Assembly: GCA_965267185.1 (NCBI GenBank)
Contig: OZ253937.1
Location: 194,923 to 258,922, forward strand
From: Alphaproteobacteria bacterium
GTDB lineage: Bacteria > Pseudomonadota > Alphaproteobacteria > UBA6615
DNA length: 64,000 bases
Reading direction: 5' to 3'
Position 1 is the first letter of the stretch, and each line of letters opens with the position of its first letter. Below, one piece after another: positions 1 to 9,509 of the stretch. Position numbers and translations under genes: made by a program. Below the pieces are notes generated by a model that worked only from the letters and a program-made list of their open reading frames with translations, had not been told where the DNA came from and did not search any database.

Positions 1-113
1 GCGGTCTTTCTCGCGCTTCGCAGGGCAGCCAATTGACTCCGGCGGCCCAGATGTCATGTTTCCTGTTGGCGGTTTGGACTGCCCGATAAACGAAATAATG
101 GGGGAACCGAACA

Positions 114-1097
114 ATGCGTGCAGCGACCTATACCCAGCTTGGGCCCGCCGCTGATGTCCTACAGGTTGGCGAGGTGGATACGCCGCAGCCCGGCCCTGGC
201 GAAGTCCGGGTGAAACTGCATACGTCGGGCGTTAATCCGTCCGACTGGAAAGCGCGGCTGCGCGGCCGCGGCGGCGACATTCCGTTTCCCAAAATCATTC
301 CCCATAGCGACGGCGCCGGGGTGGTCGACGCCGTGGGCGAGGGGGTCGACGACGCCCGTGTCGGCCAGCGCGTGTGGGTGATGAACGGCCAGTGGAAACG
401 GCCCTTCGGCACCGCGGCGGAATATATCGCGCTGCCGGAGAAATACGTCATCGCACTGCCCGACGCCGCCGATTTCGCCGAGGCGGCGTGTTTCGGTATC
501 CCGTTTCTCACTGCGCAGCGGGCGGTAACCTTTGACGGCGATGTGTCCGGCCAGACCATTCTGGTTGCCGGTGGAGCCGGGGCGGTGGGTCATCACGCGA
601 TCCAGATCGCCAAGTATAAGGGCGCGCGGGTTTTGACCACGGTGAGCTCGCCGGAGAAGGCCGACTATGTGCGTGCTGCGGGTGCCGATGAGGCGATCAA
701 CTATCGCACCGAGGATGTCGCCGCGCGGGTCGAAGAGCTAACCGACGGGCGCGGTGCCGACCGCATCATCGAGCTCAATCTCTCGGCCAACGCGCCGATG
801 TATGGCCGCATCCTGGCGCCCGAGGGCACAGTGATCGTCTACGGTACCGACGAACCCATGGCGAGCGTTCCGGCGCAGGATTTCATCGTGCGCGGCGCGG
901 CGCTCAAATGGTTCATCGTCTATGAGATTTCCGATGAGGTCCGCGACGCCGGCGTCGCCGACTTAAACCGAATGATTGCCGACAATGCGCTTACCACCAC
1001 CATCGCCGCGCGGTTTCCGCTCGAGGAGGTCGTCGCGGCGCACGAAATGGTCGAGGCGGCGAAGCATATGGGCAACGTGGTTCTCGGTATCGCGTAG
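114..1097 (+). CDS. NADPH:quinone reductase, zeta-crystallin-like MDR family
   Basis: GVNPSDWK, PHSDGAG and the VAGGAGAVG nucleotide-binding motif; no catalytic Zn cysteines; G-rich RBS upstream. Confidence 0.9.
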   Translation: MRAATYTQLGPAADVLQVGEVDTPQPGPGEVRVKLHTSGVNPSDWKARLRGRGGDIPFPKIIPHSDGAGVVDAVGEGVDDARVGQRVWVMNGQWKRPFGTAAEYIALPEKYVIALPDAADFAEAACFGIPFLTAQRAVTFDGDVSGQTILVAGGAGAVGHHAIQIAKYKGARVLTTVSSPEKADYVRAAGADEAINYRTEDVAARVEELTDGRGADRIIELNLSANAPMYGRILAPEGTVIVYGTDEPMASVPAQDFIVRGAALKWFIVYEISDEVRDAGVADLNRMIADNALTTTIAARFPLEEVVAAHEMVEAAKHMGNVVLGIA

Positions 1098-1305
1098 CAC
1101 CCGGCAAGGTGACATCAAAACGAGATAGACTCACCTTCCGCCGGCCCATAAAATTTGCCGCTTAGGCGCGTGTGTTCGAAATCGAAGTTTCAAATTCTTA
1201 TTGATGCGACTGTAAGTCATCGAAGTCCTAGGATCGTCTCTTCGATTCAAATGTCGAAGCGATAGTTCCGCAAATCAACTTGATCGATAAAGGGATCTGG
1301 GCACT

Positions 1306-2103
1306 TTGCGTATTCGACCTTTGATTTTGCACGATGCTTTTTCCCGGCGGTATGACGCAAGCGCCCTAAACATTCATGACGATCCGGTACCGGGCATCAT
1401 CTGGCTGGGCTTGCCCCTCTTTCTCATCGGGGTACCTCTGATACTAACGGTACTCGACCAAGATTTGTTTATTTGGTGGGTGTCTGACGAGACGGGAGTC
1501 GGTGAAAACCTCACCGCAATACTATTTATACTGGCCGGAATACTGGCATTCATGGTGGCGAAACGGGGCGATGCGATACCGCTGCGTTGGCTGCAGATCG
1601 CGTTCTATGCAATTGCCGTGCTGGCAATTCTCGTTGCTGGTGAAGAATGGAGCTGGGGGCAGCATTTTGCCGGCTGGGGAACACCGGACTGGGTTGCCGA
1701 TCTGAATAAGCAGAATGAAACCAATATCCACAATATGGCGGACCGGGTGCTCGATCAGAAGCCGCGGGCCATAATCAGCATCGTCATCCTTATATTCGGG
1801 GTCTTGGTGCCGCTGTTCCGCCGCAAGATTTCCTGGCTCGACGATTATCCCGTGCTGAGCTGGCTCATGCCCGGACGGCTGATGATCCCCGCAGCGCTGT
1901 TAGTCATTCTGCCGCGTCTGGTCGACCGGTTTCAGGTTTGGTTCGATGTTCTTGTACCGCCCCCGTTCTATGTTCCCACGCGGCAATACCAGGAAATGCA
2001 GGAGTTGTTCATCGCCGCTTTTGTCTTTCTGTACGTTCTGAATATTTTTCTTCGGGTACGACAGTTCGCGCGAACTGTCCCGGAGGATGGCAAGATCGCT
2101 TGA
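1306..2103 (+). CDS. Multi-pass membrane protein of unknown function (EExSWGQ...NxQxExNxHN motif)
   Basis: About 6 hydrophobic segments; polar motif AGEEWSWGQH...NKQNETNIHN; TTG start uncertain. Confidence 0.75.
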   Translation: MRIRPLILHDAFSRRYDASALNIHDDPVPGIIWLGLPLFLIGVPLILTVLDQDLFIWWVSDETGVGENLTAILFILAGILAFMVAKRGDAIPLRWLQIAFYAIAVLAILVAGEEWSWGQHFAGWGTPDWVADLNKQNETNIHNMADRVLDQKPRAIISIVILIFGVLVPLFRRKISWLDDYPVLSWLMPGRLMIPAALLVILPRLVDRFQVWFDVLVPPPFYVPTRQYQEMQELFIAAFVFLYVLNIFLRVRQFARTVPEDGKIA

Positions 2104-2140
2104 TCTAGCAGTCGCTTACGGCCAGCCTTGCGAGCGGCGA

Positions 2141-2953
2141 TCAATCAAGATCCCGGAAAGGAGCCTCGCGCTCTTCCAAAAATTCGCGCAAGGCGCAATC
2201 CTTCAACTTCTTCATCCATTTCCGGCCCTCGGGCGATGCATGTAACGTCGCGATCGCCTCGACATTATAGAGCCACGAACTCGTAAGCCCGGCTGTCTCT
2301 TGGTAATGGTTGATCGACGCCTTGGCGAATTTGATTGCTGGTCCGGGCATGCGCGACAATTTCCGGGCGAGTCGGCGCGCTTCGTCCATTAATTGATCGC
2401 CTGGCACCGCCCGGTTCACCAGGTGGATGCGTTCCGCCTCTTTGCCGTCGATCAAATCGCCGGTGTACATCAACCAGCGCACGTGCCGGATCGGCACCGT
2501 CCACGGCATCATCAGCGATGGCGGCCCCGAGACATGGCGCACTTCGGGCTCGCCGAGTTGTGCGTCCTCGGCCGCGATGGCCAGGTCACAACACATCGCG
2601 AGCTCGAGCCCGCCCGCCAGCGCATAGCCGTTTATTGCCGCGATGACCGGCACTTCCGACTCCCAAATGGTGCGCAGACGGGCGCAATTCGCCGACATGT
2701 CCGCGCGCCAATCTTCCGTATCCATTTCGAAGTCGTCGCTAATTAAGTCGAATCCGGTCGTGAAGGCGCGTCCTTCGCCCGTAAGAATGAGCGCGCGAAC
2801 GTCTGGGTCGCGCTGGGCATTGCGAACGGCCTCATCAAGCGCGTCGAGAAGTTCCAGGTTGAGCGCGTTTAATTTTTCTGGCCGGTTCATGGTCAGAATT
2901 GCGAAGGCATCGTCTGGGTCCCGCTCGATCCGTAAAACATTGCATGTCGTCAT
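2141..2953 (-). CDS. Enoyl-CoA hydratase/isomerase (crotonase family)
   Basis: MNRPEKLNAL, FTTGFDL, AINGYALAGGLELAMCCD, LGEPE; its start overlaps the stop of the upstream ligase. Confidence 0.9.
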   Translation of the reverse strand: MTTCNVLRIERDPDDAFAILTMNRPEKLNALNLELLDALDEAVRNAQRDPDVRALILTGEGRAFTTGFDLISDDFEMDTEDWRADMSANCARLRTIWESEVPVIAAINGYALAGGLELAMCCDLAIAAEDAQLGEPEVRHVSGPPSLMMPWTVPIRHVRWLMYTGDLIDGKEAERIHLVNRAVPGDQLMDEARRLARKLSRMPGPAIKFAKASINHYQETAGLTSSWLYNVEAIATLHASPEGRKWMKKLKDCALREFLEEREAPFRDLD

Positions 2954-4785
2954 AATTGGCGCCTGTCATCCTGTTCGTTTGTGGGTGAGCTCACGGTTAT
3001 GATGCCCGCGGCAGGTACAACGTCGTAAAGCTGTGTGACCAGTTTGGCGTTGTTGGCCAGGCACCGGTTTTGCACCAGGTGGCCCTTATCATTGATCTCT
3101 CCGGCGCCGCGGTCCGGCGGATTGGACGCCACGGCGGCGCGATGAACGGCAGTCGAACTGCCGGGCATGCGGACGTTGTGCTGTGCGAGGGCTTCGGCAA
3201 AAAAGCTGGCCAACTCGACGGCGCCGAACTGTTCGTGCGCCGTCGCCGTGGGGTAGAGAATGACGGCGAGCTGACTTTGCCCGGCGCCGGCAATGGCTAC
3301 GTCCTGGAGGTGAGGCGCACAGGCTTCGAGCAATGCGTGGCGTAACGACCCAACCTTGACCCGGGTTCCCGTCGCCAGCTTGAAGTCTTCGGCGATGCGG
3401 CCGTCGAAGCTCAGGCCGCGCTCGGGTGTGGCCTCGAATGTCGCCACCACCAGGTCTCCGGTACATAGATACCCCTCATCGTCGAGTGGCAGAGGCGCTA
3501 AACCGTCGTCACTCACATAACCCGGCGACACGTTGGGGCCTTGCACGCGAACCTCCCAGGCATCACCGACCGGCGCCAGCCGCAGCGCATGACCAGGCAA
3601 AGGCACGCCAATTTCATTGGTGTTTTGGGCCGCTTGGTAACCTAAGCAGATCGTCGAGCCGGCTTCGGTTGCCCCATAACCCGAAAGTACCGTTGGCGGC
3701 CCGCCGGGGCCGTGTGGCCCCGCCGCAACGAACCGTTGCAGCTCTTCCCAGGTTTGGGCATTCATGCCAGCGCCAGCGAAGAAAATGAGTTCCAGCCGCT
3801 CGAAAAAGGCGGCCGCGGTTTCCCGATCGCTCGCAAGATGCTCCATCAACAAAGACAGGCCGAACGGTACGTTGATATGAATTGTCGGCTTGACCTTCCG
3901 TATTTGGCGCGCGAGCGCTTCGATCCGCGTGGGATCGGGCGGCTGCGCCACATAATAAGCGCCGCCGTTCCAGAGCATCTTGAAGAAGTTGTCGAGGCCG
4001 CCGAACACGTGGTGCCACGGCAACCAATCGATCAGCACCGGTCTCGCTTGCGCGAGAAACGGCCAATGTAGGGCATACGCACTTTGGTTGGAGGCGATCA
4101 TCTGGCGGGTGATTACGACGCCTTTTGGCTCGCCTGTCGAACCGGACGTAAAGTAGATAGCAGTTGGGTCATCTGGCGAAGCCTCAATACGATCGGGCTT
4201 TCCACCATTTACGCCTTGCCGGCAAACAGCATCGATTTCGGAATTAGCAATAACCGGAGGCGATGAACTCGGCAAATCCGACAGGAAGCGCTGGTTATCG
4301 CCCGTCAGGTCTATCAGCGCTTGCGGCTTTGCCACCGCTAGAAGTTGGGAAAGTCGCGTGCGGCCAAACGCGGAAGCGAGGAGCGCGGGCGACAACGGTG
4401 CATGTACGGCGCCGATCTTCAAACAGGCGAGTTTTAGCGCGGCATGAGCTGTGCCTGCACTGCCCAGTACGGCAACTGATCGACCCTTTTGAACGCCACG
4501 GCTCTGCAGGAAGTGGGCCACCGCGTCGGACGCGAGGTCGATTTCACCGTAGCTCAATAGGGCGCCTTCACTGCTTTCGTCATCGCAGATGAAGGGCGCT
4601 CCGCCGTCTTGCTCGACCCAATAGTCGAAGCGCGCCAAGACATCCTGCAGCGGCTCCGGCAACGGGATGCTGTTGCGCAGTCCAATTGACTCATCGTTCC
4701 AATTGGTCCGCTCGATATCCGGTAACGCCAGGCGTTTTTGGCCACTCACGACCCTATCCCAATTCTTTGTCGGCGGAAATGCCAC
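2950..4785 (-). CDS. Acyl-CoA synthetase, feruloyl-CoA synthetase (Fcs)-like
   Basis: YFTSGSTGEPKG AMP-binding loop; Fcs-type motifs DWLPWHHVFGG, GYGATE, GRIAEDFKLATGT, GEINDKG; start uncertain. Confidence 0.85.
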   Translation of the reverse strand: MAFPPTKNWDRVVSGQKRLALPDIERTNWNDESIGLRNSIPLPEPLQDVLARFDYWVEQDGGAPFICDDESSEGALLSYGEIDLASDAVAHFLQSRGVQKGRSVAVLGSAGTAHAALKLACLKIGAVHAPLSPALLASAFGRTRLSQLLAVAKPQALIDLTGDNQRFLSDLPSSSPPVIANSEIDAVCRQGVNGGKPDRIEASPDDPTAIYFTSGSTGEPKGVVITRQMIASNQSAYALHWPFLAQARPVLIDWLPWHHVFGGLDNFFKMLWNGGAYYVAQPPDPTRIEALARQIRKVKPTIHINVPFGLSLLMEHLASDRETAAAFFERLELIFFAGAGMNAQTWEELQRFVAAGPHGPGGPPTVLSGYGATEAGSTICLGYQAAQNTNEIGVPLPGHALRLAPVGDAWEVRVQGPNVSPGYVSDDGLAPLPLDDEGYLCTGDLVVATFEATPERGLSFDGRIAEDFKLATGTRVKVGSLRHALLEACAPHLQDVAIAGAGQSQLAVILYPTATAHEQFGAVELASFFAEALAQHNVRMPGSSTAVHRAAVASNPPDRGAGEINDKGHLVQNRCLANNAKLVTQLYDVVPAAGIITVSSPTNEQDDRRQL

Positions 4786-4933
4786 CGCACAAAGATGACA
4801 GATGCAGCTTCACTGCGGCAATGCCGGCCGACGTTAAATCGACATTACATCGGTATCTTCTTGCAGGTTTGATCGCTCTCGCTCGCGGCGAGATTTGCGG
4901 CCGGCAAGCTCACCGAGTGGCATTAAGAAAAAT

Positions 4934-4977
4934 CCTCATGCTGAGCTTCCTCATCCCGAGCATGTCGAGGGACGAAG
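4934..4977. repeat. REP-like palindrome (CCTCATxCyGAGCwTGTCGArG type), one copy inserted inside another
   Basis: CCTCATGCTGAGCTT-[CCTCATCCCGAGCATGTCGAGGGA]-CGAAGTA. Confidence 0.55.
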
Positions 4978-4982
4978 TAAGA

Positions 4983-5098
4983 GAACCGCAACAACCTCTC
5001 CTTCGAGACGCCCTTTCGCCTCACCCTGAGGAGGGCCTTTAGGCCCGTCTCGAAGGGGCGGCGAAAGGGCTCCTCAGGATGAGGTTGTTGCGGTGTTC
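4983..5098. repeat. Nested REP-like element (CCTTCGAGAC...CCTCAGGrTGAGG family), copy A
   Basis: Outer arms ACCGCAACAACCTC/GAGGTTGTTGCGGT; middle arms 5011-5020/5060-5069; inner GGGCC/GGCCC; homologous to 33671-33770 and 43356-43478. Confidence 0.85.
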
Positions 5099-5102
5099 GG
5101 CC

Positions 5103-5864
5103 CTAACGCGGGCCCATGCGCAGCGCGCCGTCGAGGCGGATCGATTCGCCGTTCAACATTGGGTTCTCGACGATACTAACCACGAGCTGACCGTACTCCG
5201 CCGGTTTGCCGGGCCGATCGGGGAATTGCGCGGCGTCGAGCAGGCGCTGGTGCGCATTCGTCGGCATGGCCCCGAACAGCGGTGTGTCGAACGGCCCCGG
5301 CGATATCGCCATTACCCGGATGCCCTCGCGGGCGAACTCGCGCGCCAAAGCGATGCCCATGCCGACCACACCCGCTTTCGAGGCGGCGTAGGCGGTTTGG
5401 CCGATCTGGCCTTCATAGGCCGAGGTCGAGCCGGTGTTGACAATCACGCCGCGCTCGCCCTCCGCGTTGGGGTCCATCGTCATCATGTCGGCGGCGGCGA
5501 GGCGGATCATATTGAACGTGCCCGTGAGATTCACCCGGATCGTTTGCTCGAACCAGTCGAGATCGACCGGCCCGGTTTTGCCGACCACGGCGGCGCCGGG
5601 GCCGATACCGGCGCAATTGACGAGGATGCTGGCGGGCCCGTGAGCTTCGCGCGCTTGCGCCACCGCAGTGGCGGCGCTGTCCGCGTCGCCCACATCGCAC
5701 TCCACCGCCAGCCCGCCGAACGCATCGGCGGTCCGTTGCGCGCCCTCGAGACGCAGATCGAGCACCGCCACCTTCGCGCCGGCATTAGCCAAAGTTTGCG
5801 CTGTTGCCGCGCCGAGCCCCGACCCGCCGCCGGTCACGATTGCCGCCTTGCCGGTTGTGTCCAT
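5103..5864 (-). CDS. SDR, 3-hydroxyacyl-CoA dehydrogenase type II (HSD10-like)
   Basis: TGGGSGLG, NCAGI, EGQIGQTAYAASKAG, NPMLNGESIRLDGALRM. Confidence 0.92.
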   Translation of the reverse strand: MDTTGKAAIVTGGGSGLGAATAQTLANAGAKVAVLDLRLEGAQRTADAFGGLAVECDVGDADSAATAVAQAREAHGPASILVNCAGIGPGAAVVGKTGPVDLDWFEQTIRVNLTGTFNMIRLAAADMMTMDPNAEGERGVIVNTGSTSAYEGQIGQTAYAASKAGVVGMGIALAREFAREGIRVMAISPGPFDTPLFGAMPTNAHQRLLDAAQFPDRPGKPAEYGQLVVSIVENPMLNGESIRLDGALRMGPR

Positions 5865-6007
5865 GTGTTTTGCTCCCGGTGCGTGCTTTTATCTTTGGCT
5901 CTTAGCCTAGACGATCCTCTACGGCCGATAAATCACGACATGCCTACCGATGTTTGCGCGATAGCGCTAACATCGAGCGATAACGATAAAAAACGGGGCA
6001 GCGATTG

Positions 6008-7093
6008 ATGGTTGCAGATAACCTAAACTTCGCCTTCACCGTGGCGCCGGTTGGCGATGGCGGCCTCAGCGACGAACAGCTCTACGAAGAAGTGCTCGCC
6101 GATTGCCGGTTAGGCCAAGCGCTGGGGTACGACAGCGCGTGGATGCTCGAACACCATTTCTCCGACTATTTCCCGACGCCGAGCCCATTGATGTTCATGG
6201 CCAACTTGGCGCCGCAATGCCCGGGCTTGGGTTTCGGCGCGGCGGTGCTGGTGACGCCCTGGTATCACCCGGTGCGCCTGGCCGGCGAAATAGCCATGCT
6301 GAGCAACCTGTGCACCGGCGATCTCTATCTCGGCCTCGGGCGCGGCACGGCGAAACTGGAATACGACGCTTTCGGCATCGACATGGAAGAGGCACGCGAG
6401 CGGTTCTACGAATCCTACGAAATCCTCAAGCGCGCGGTGGCGGGCGAAGCGTTCGCCTTCGACGGCAAGTACTATTCGACCAACCGGGAAATCCGCATTC
6501 GCCCGACGCCGGTCAGCGAGCGCATCCATCTTTATGGCGCGCTCGGCAGCCCGCAAAGCGCGCCGATCATGGCCGAGTTGGGCTTGGCGCCGCTGAACAC
6601 CTGCCAATTCCCCTTCCATATCCTCGAAAAGGCGATGGGCGCGTGGGAGGAACAGGCGGCGGTTACCGGTTATCCGGACGAAACGCGCCGCCCGGTGATG
6701 GCGCACACGTTGATCGCCGACAGCGACGATGAGGCGATGGACTTGGCCCGCCGCCACTTGTCGGAGTTTTTCAAGCTACAGGTGACCCACTATGAGGCGG
6801 ATGCCGACTTCTGGGTCGATATCAAGGGCTACGAACAGTTCAGCCGTTTCTTTAAAAACCTTACCCAGCTAGCCGATCCCGACAATATCGGCAGCTTCGC
6901 CGAACATAACTTCGTCGGCTCGGTGCAAACCGTAGGTGAACAGGTGGAGAAGCTGGCGTCGATCGGTTTCAACCACATCATCGTCCACCCGGCGACCGTC
7001 GGCGTGCCGCGGGCCCTGCGCCACGATGTCTTGAAGCGGTTCGCGGAGAATGTCGCGCCGGAGTTTTCTCCGTCCTTTGCCAAGGCGGCGTAG
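6008..7093 (+). CDS. LLM-class (luciferase-like) flavin-dependent oxidoreductase
   Basis: GYDSAWMLEHHF, PWYHPVRLAGEIAML, LGLGRG. Confidence 0.9.
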   Translation: MVADNLNFAFTVAPVGDGGLSDEQLYEEVLADCRLGQALGYDSAWMLEHHFSDYFPTPSPLMFMANLAPQCPGLGFGAAVLVTPWYHPVRLAGEIAMLSNLCTGDLYLGLGRGTAKLEYDAFGIDMEEARERFYESYEILKRAVAGEAFAFDGKYYSTNREIRIRPTPVSERIHLYGALGSPQSAPIMAELGLAPLNTCQFPFHILEKAMGAWEEQAAVTGYPDETRRPVMAHTLIADSDDEAMDLARRHLSEFFKLQVTHYEADADFWVDIKGYEQFSRFFKNLTQLADPDNIGSFAEHNFVGSVQTVGEQVEKLASIGFNHIIVHPATVGVPRALRHDVLKRFAENVAPEFSPSFAKAA

Positions 7094-7149
7094 GTTAAGG
7101 CTTAACGGCTATATATCCGTGTGGGGACACAGCTGGTGGGCGCGGCCCA

Positions 7150-8412
7150 TCACCCCTGATACTCCAGAATATAAAGGCCGCCATTGTAGTCGCTGCTGTA
7201 GACCAGCCCGTTGGCGGAGACCCAAAGATCGCAGGACTGGATGACTTTCGGTCTGTTCGGGCGGCTGTCGATCTGCCGCTCCGGCGTTGGCGGCACGAAG
7301 GCGGCGACTTCTTCGGGGCGATAGGCATCGCGTATGTCGAACACGCGGATGCCGGCATTCTGATAGGTCGCGAAGATGGTATCGGAACTGACCAACCCGT
7401 CCGGCCGGTTTTCATGGATGTTGTGCGGCCCGAAATGAGCGCCCTTGTTCACATAGTCGGCGTCGTCGGGAACCGGAAATGTCGAAATGCTGACCGGGTT
7501 CGACGGTTCGCGAATATCGAACATCCAAATATGCTTTATGCCGTCCTCGCAATTGTCGAGCACCGCCTCGTCCGCCACCACCAGCAGGTCACGGTCGGGC
7601 AGCGGCAAGCAGTTGTGTGTGCCACCGCCATAGGGCGGCGACCAGTTGCGATGAACGATAAGTTCGGGCGCGGTACGGTCGGCGACGTCGATCATCACCA
7701 GACCCGCATCGCGCCAGGCACCGTAGGCGGTGTCGCCGTGGACGATCGCATGATGCAACCCGTTGCGCCGCGTCGGCGGCCAGTCGGGGGTTTCGCCCGC
7801 CGCCGTGTTCATACCGGGCAACCAGTAACGGCCCGCTTCCTGGGGCTGAGTAGGGTCGGCCATATCGACGGTCATGAAGATGTAATCGCTAAAACCGTCG
7901 AGCAACGCCGAGACATAGGCCCAGCGGCCGCCGGTATACCAAATCCGATGAATGCCGCCGCCCGCGATCGGCAGGAAGCCGATCTGGCGTGGCGTCTCCG
8001 GGTTCGAAATATCGTAGACCGCCATGCCGGCGGTCCAGTCGCGCGCCGCCGTCCCAGCAGCGTCGGCCGTTCCAGCCTTCTCGCCGAGCGCGCCCTTGTA
8101 ATACTGGTGTTCGTCCTGAAACTCGGGCGCGGCGAACATGTCCTTGGCATTGACCACCAGCAGCAGATCTTCATGGGTCTGCAGGTGGATGTTCCAGGTA
8201 TTTTCCGGGGCCGCTACGTAGTCCACCGGCTTGGGGTCGCGGGGATCGCGGACGTCGATGACGCTGAACCCCTTAGAGAACATATGCCCGGTAAACACAT
8301 AACCCTTGTTCACCATCAGTTGCACGCCGTCCGGTCGGCCACCCTGATCGGAGTGTCCGATCAGTTTCATGTTTCGGGCAAAATCCGGTTCGGGCAAATC
8401 TTGGCGGGCCAT
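7150..8412 (-). CDS. LVIVD-repeat beta-propeller protein
   Basis: Repeated FSVIDVRDP, MAVYDISNP, LVMIDVADR, IWMFDIREP, IRVFDIRDA; ATG at 8412 with AGGAG RBS. Confidence 0.88.
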   Translation of the reverse strand: MARQDLPEPDFARNMKLIGHSDQGGRPDGVQLMVNKGYVFTGHMFSKGFSVIDVRDPRDPKPVDYVAAPENTWNIHLQTHEDLLLVVNAKDMFAAPEFQDEHQYYKGALGEKAGTADAAGTAARDWTAGMAVYDISNPETPRQIGFLPIAGGGIHRIWYTGGRWAYVSALLDGFSDYIFMTVDMADPTQPQEAGRYWLPGMNTAAGETPDWPPTRRNGLHHAIVHGDTAYGAWRDAGLVMIDVADRTAPELIVHRNWSPPYGGGTHNCLPLPDRDLLVVADEAVLDNCEDGIKHIWMFDIREPSNPVSISTFPVPDDADYVNKGAHFGPHNIHENRPDGLVSSDTIFATYQNAGIRVFDIRDAYRPEEVAAFVPPTPERQIDSRPNRPKVIQSCDLWVSANGLVYSSDYNGGLYILEYQG

Positions 8413-8456
8413 AAGCGCTACTCCTGAGGCATCGCCGGCCTGGCAGCGGCGGCGGT

Positions 8457-9173
8457 CTAAAGCTCCTTGCGGGCCTTGTTGTGGGGGTGATCGGGCTCGT
8501 AGCCGAACACCGAACGGTAGGTGTCGTAGCGGCGTCCTGTGTGCTCGAACCAAATGCACAACGCGACGATGACAAGGGCGGCGATCACCGAGAGGACCGT
8601 CAGCACCGGCATGGGAAACTGCATCAGGCCGGAGGCCACGGCACCGGCGGCGAAAAAGCCGGTGAAGTAGCCCGACGTCTTATGGGACGATTCGAAGAAC
8701 CGCCGGCGCGGGGTCATGTCGTAGTGGTCGCCGCGCCAGGTCGAGGGGTCATCGGGAACGGCGAGGTTGTAGTACTTCCCGCCATGGGTGCCGCGGAGCC
8801 AGGACAAGACGATCTGCAAACAGCCGAAGGCGATCGTCAGGATACCGAACAGCGAATGCACGGAACCGCTGAACCCGCGGCTGACGACCAGCGCTACCGC
8901 CAACCCGCCGAGCGACAGGACGATGGCGAGGTAGAGGCCGTATTTATGAACGTAGAACCACAGCCACTCTAAATTGGTCGGTTTAATTTTTTTCGTGAGG
9001 CCGCGCGGCGTCGGTTTCGGCTTGAAGTATCTGATTGAAATAATGCTCACCGGAACCAGTACGAACCAAATGCCGACCATCAAAATGGCATGGTAGTCCC
9101 AATGAATGTCGACCGTCCTGCCGAGAAAATCGAGATATACCTCGGTCGGTATATGCGATTGCGCTTTTTCCAT
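8457..9173 (-). CDS. Cytochrome b561-type di-heme membrane protein
   Basis: Four His in or next to TM helices (YHAILM, VHKYG, VHSLFG, SHKTSG); start taken at MEKAQ (9173), uncertain. Confidence 0.75.
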   Translation of the reverse strand: MEKAQSHIPTEVYLDFLGRTVDIHWDYHAILMVGIWFVLVPVSIISIRYFKPKPTPRGLTKKIKPTNLEWLWFYVHKYGLYLAIVLSLGGLAVALVVSRGFSGSVHSLFGILTIAFGCLQIVLSWLRGTHGGKYYNLAVPDDPSTWRGDHYDMTPRRRFFESSHKTSGYFTGFFAAGAVASGLMQFPMPVLTVLSVIAALVIVALCIWFEHTGRRYDTYRSVFGYEPDHPHNKARKEL

Positions 9174-9509
9174 CGCCTTATTCAGCGGCCCCCAACCGCA
9201 ATGCGGCGCTCGGGTACGTATCGAGCGTCGTACGCCCGTAAACGCCATCTGCGGCGTGAACGCCGCGATGGCGCATTTCGGCTTCGTAGATGAAAGGTAA
9301 CGCGCCGGCAGGTGGCGCGGTTTGTTCTGAATCAAACGGCGGTAATTTCGGCGTCGTCGCCATTTGACGAATTGTTCACCCGTTCTTGATATCCGGTGGG
9401 TTGATTTCCCGCCGGGTTGGCGGCCATTTGGCGGGAGCAACGCGGGGACGAGCAGATCGTGACGATAGACTTCCGCATCGACAACCAGCCGCCACAGCGG
9501 AGTCTTGCG

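Noticed and set aside
1098-1305. Intergenic region with several TCGAA words and a short AAGGTGA/TCACCTT inverted repeat; possible sRNA or riboswitch
   Set aside because: No recognisable RNA family motif or regular spacing; cannot be supported by eye.
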